From NCBI GenBank assembly GCA_002245135.1, contig NGBS01001174.1, positions 1-64,000 of the forward strand: a stretch of DNA of 64,000 bases, read 5' to 3'. The translations under genes were made by a program, and so were the position numbers. Under the pieces are notes generated by a model. The model worked only from the letters and a program-made list of their open reading frames with translations. It searched no databases and was not told where the DNA came from. The DNA comes from Proteromonas lacertae (lineage: Eukaryota). Of the stretch, positions 63,285-64,000 are shown piece by piece (position 1 is the stretch's first letter; the number at the start of each line of letters is the position of its first letter).

Positions 63285-64000
63285 TAATCTAATATCATCC
63301 AATGAACTTAGATTAAAGTCATTAATTATATTAAGACAGTAAAAGATGTTGGTGTACGAATTAGCATTGATTACTTTATCCAAATATGATTTAATCTAAA
63401 ATAGTAATATATGTAATTTAATAAATACTTCTTTGAAATGTGGTTTATATTTCTTAATACACTTCAAAAAAGACATAGCAAACAATAAATGAACATGTAT
63501 ATACTCAATACCGCAATTTGGATGATGATGAATATGTGAATGAGATTTATAAATACTCTATAAAATCAGTATATATGTTTGAGTAATTATATACGACAAT
63601 GTATTTATAACATTTCAATACTATCTTCTGTATTAATTCATGGATATGTTTTGACTTTATTTTCTGTTTCTTATCAATCAAACACAAAAACTTACAATTT
63701 CCTATAATAAACAATTCGCATATATTTCTCTAAAGAATATAATAAAAGAGTATAACAAAAATTAATAAATATACTAATATAATTCTTGTATCATTTATTT
63801 CTTCATCAATCAATAATACATTACACTTTGGTTTAAAGTACAAGAAATATCGATGTATTAACTTTTCTAATGTATAATTAGTATAATCTTTAGAGATTGT
63901 ATTTGAAATTGGAACTGAAAAATATCTCTCATGATTATTGTTTATAGACAAATCATCAATATTTACTATCAAACCACACCATGCTAAATATTTATTAATA
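63285..64000 (-). CDS. Partial hypothetical multi-exon gene
   Basis: ORF fragment with intron-like GTATAT segments; runs off the window. Confidence 0.35.

Noticed and set aside
37173..64000. Blastocystis-style stop codons completed by polyadenylation
   Set aside because: The gene ends I checked have genomic stops and no correctly spaced TGTTTGTT motif.

Overview
Very AT-rich eukaryotic (protist-like) DNA with very short (~24-70 nt) spliceosomal introns, in three zones. (1) 1-8132: remnant of an integrated virophage/Polinton-like virus. It has an intact rve integrase, a frameshifted adenain-type protease, decayed putative capsid genes, a two-intron gene and two tandem candidate Pol III hairpin RNAs. 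(2) 8133-32815: a ~25 kb, tightly packed, nearly intronless glycan-synthesis island. It holds GT2, GT31, GT92, a CgtA/GT82-like gene, fucosyltransferase-like, HtrL-like and DUF1647-like genes, OafA-type O-acyltransferases and UDP-glucuronate epimerases. It also has a 3.8 kb inverted duplication and a mosaic acyltransferase paralog. More virus-like fragments and TG...CA repeats follow at 33086-36029. (3) 37173-64000: ordinary intron-rich host genes (SPRY/ZnF protein, divergent kinesin, LRR proteins, SPEF1, Kelch, snurportin-1, SpoU methyltransferase, MBF1, tandem CAMK, BTB, and a prokaryote-like pyrimidine-dimer glycosylase), with at least three U12-type introns. All family calls are motif recognition by eye; no searches were run.
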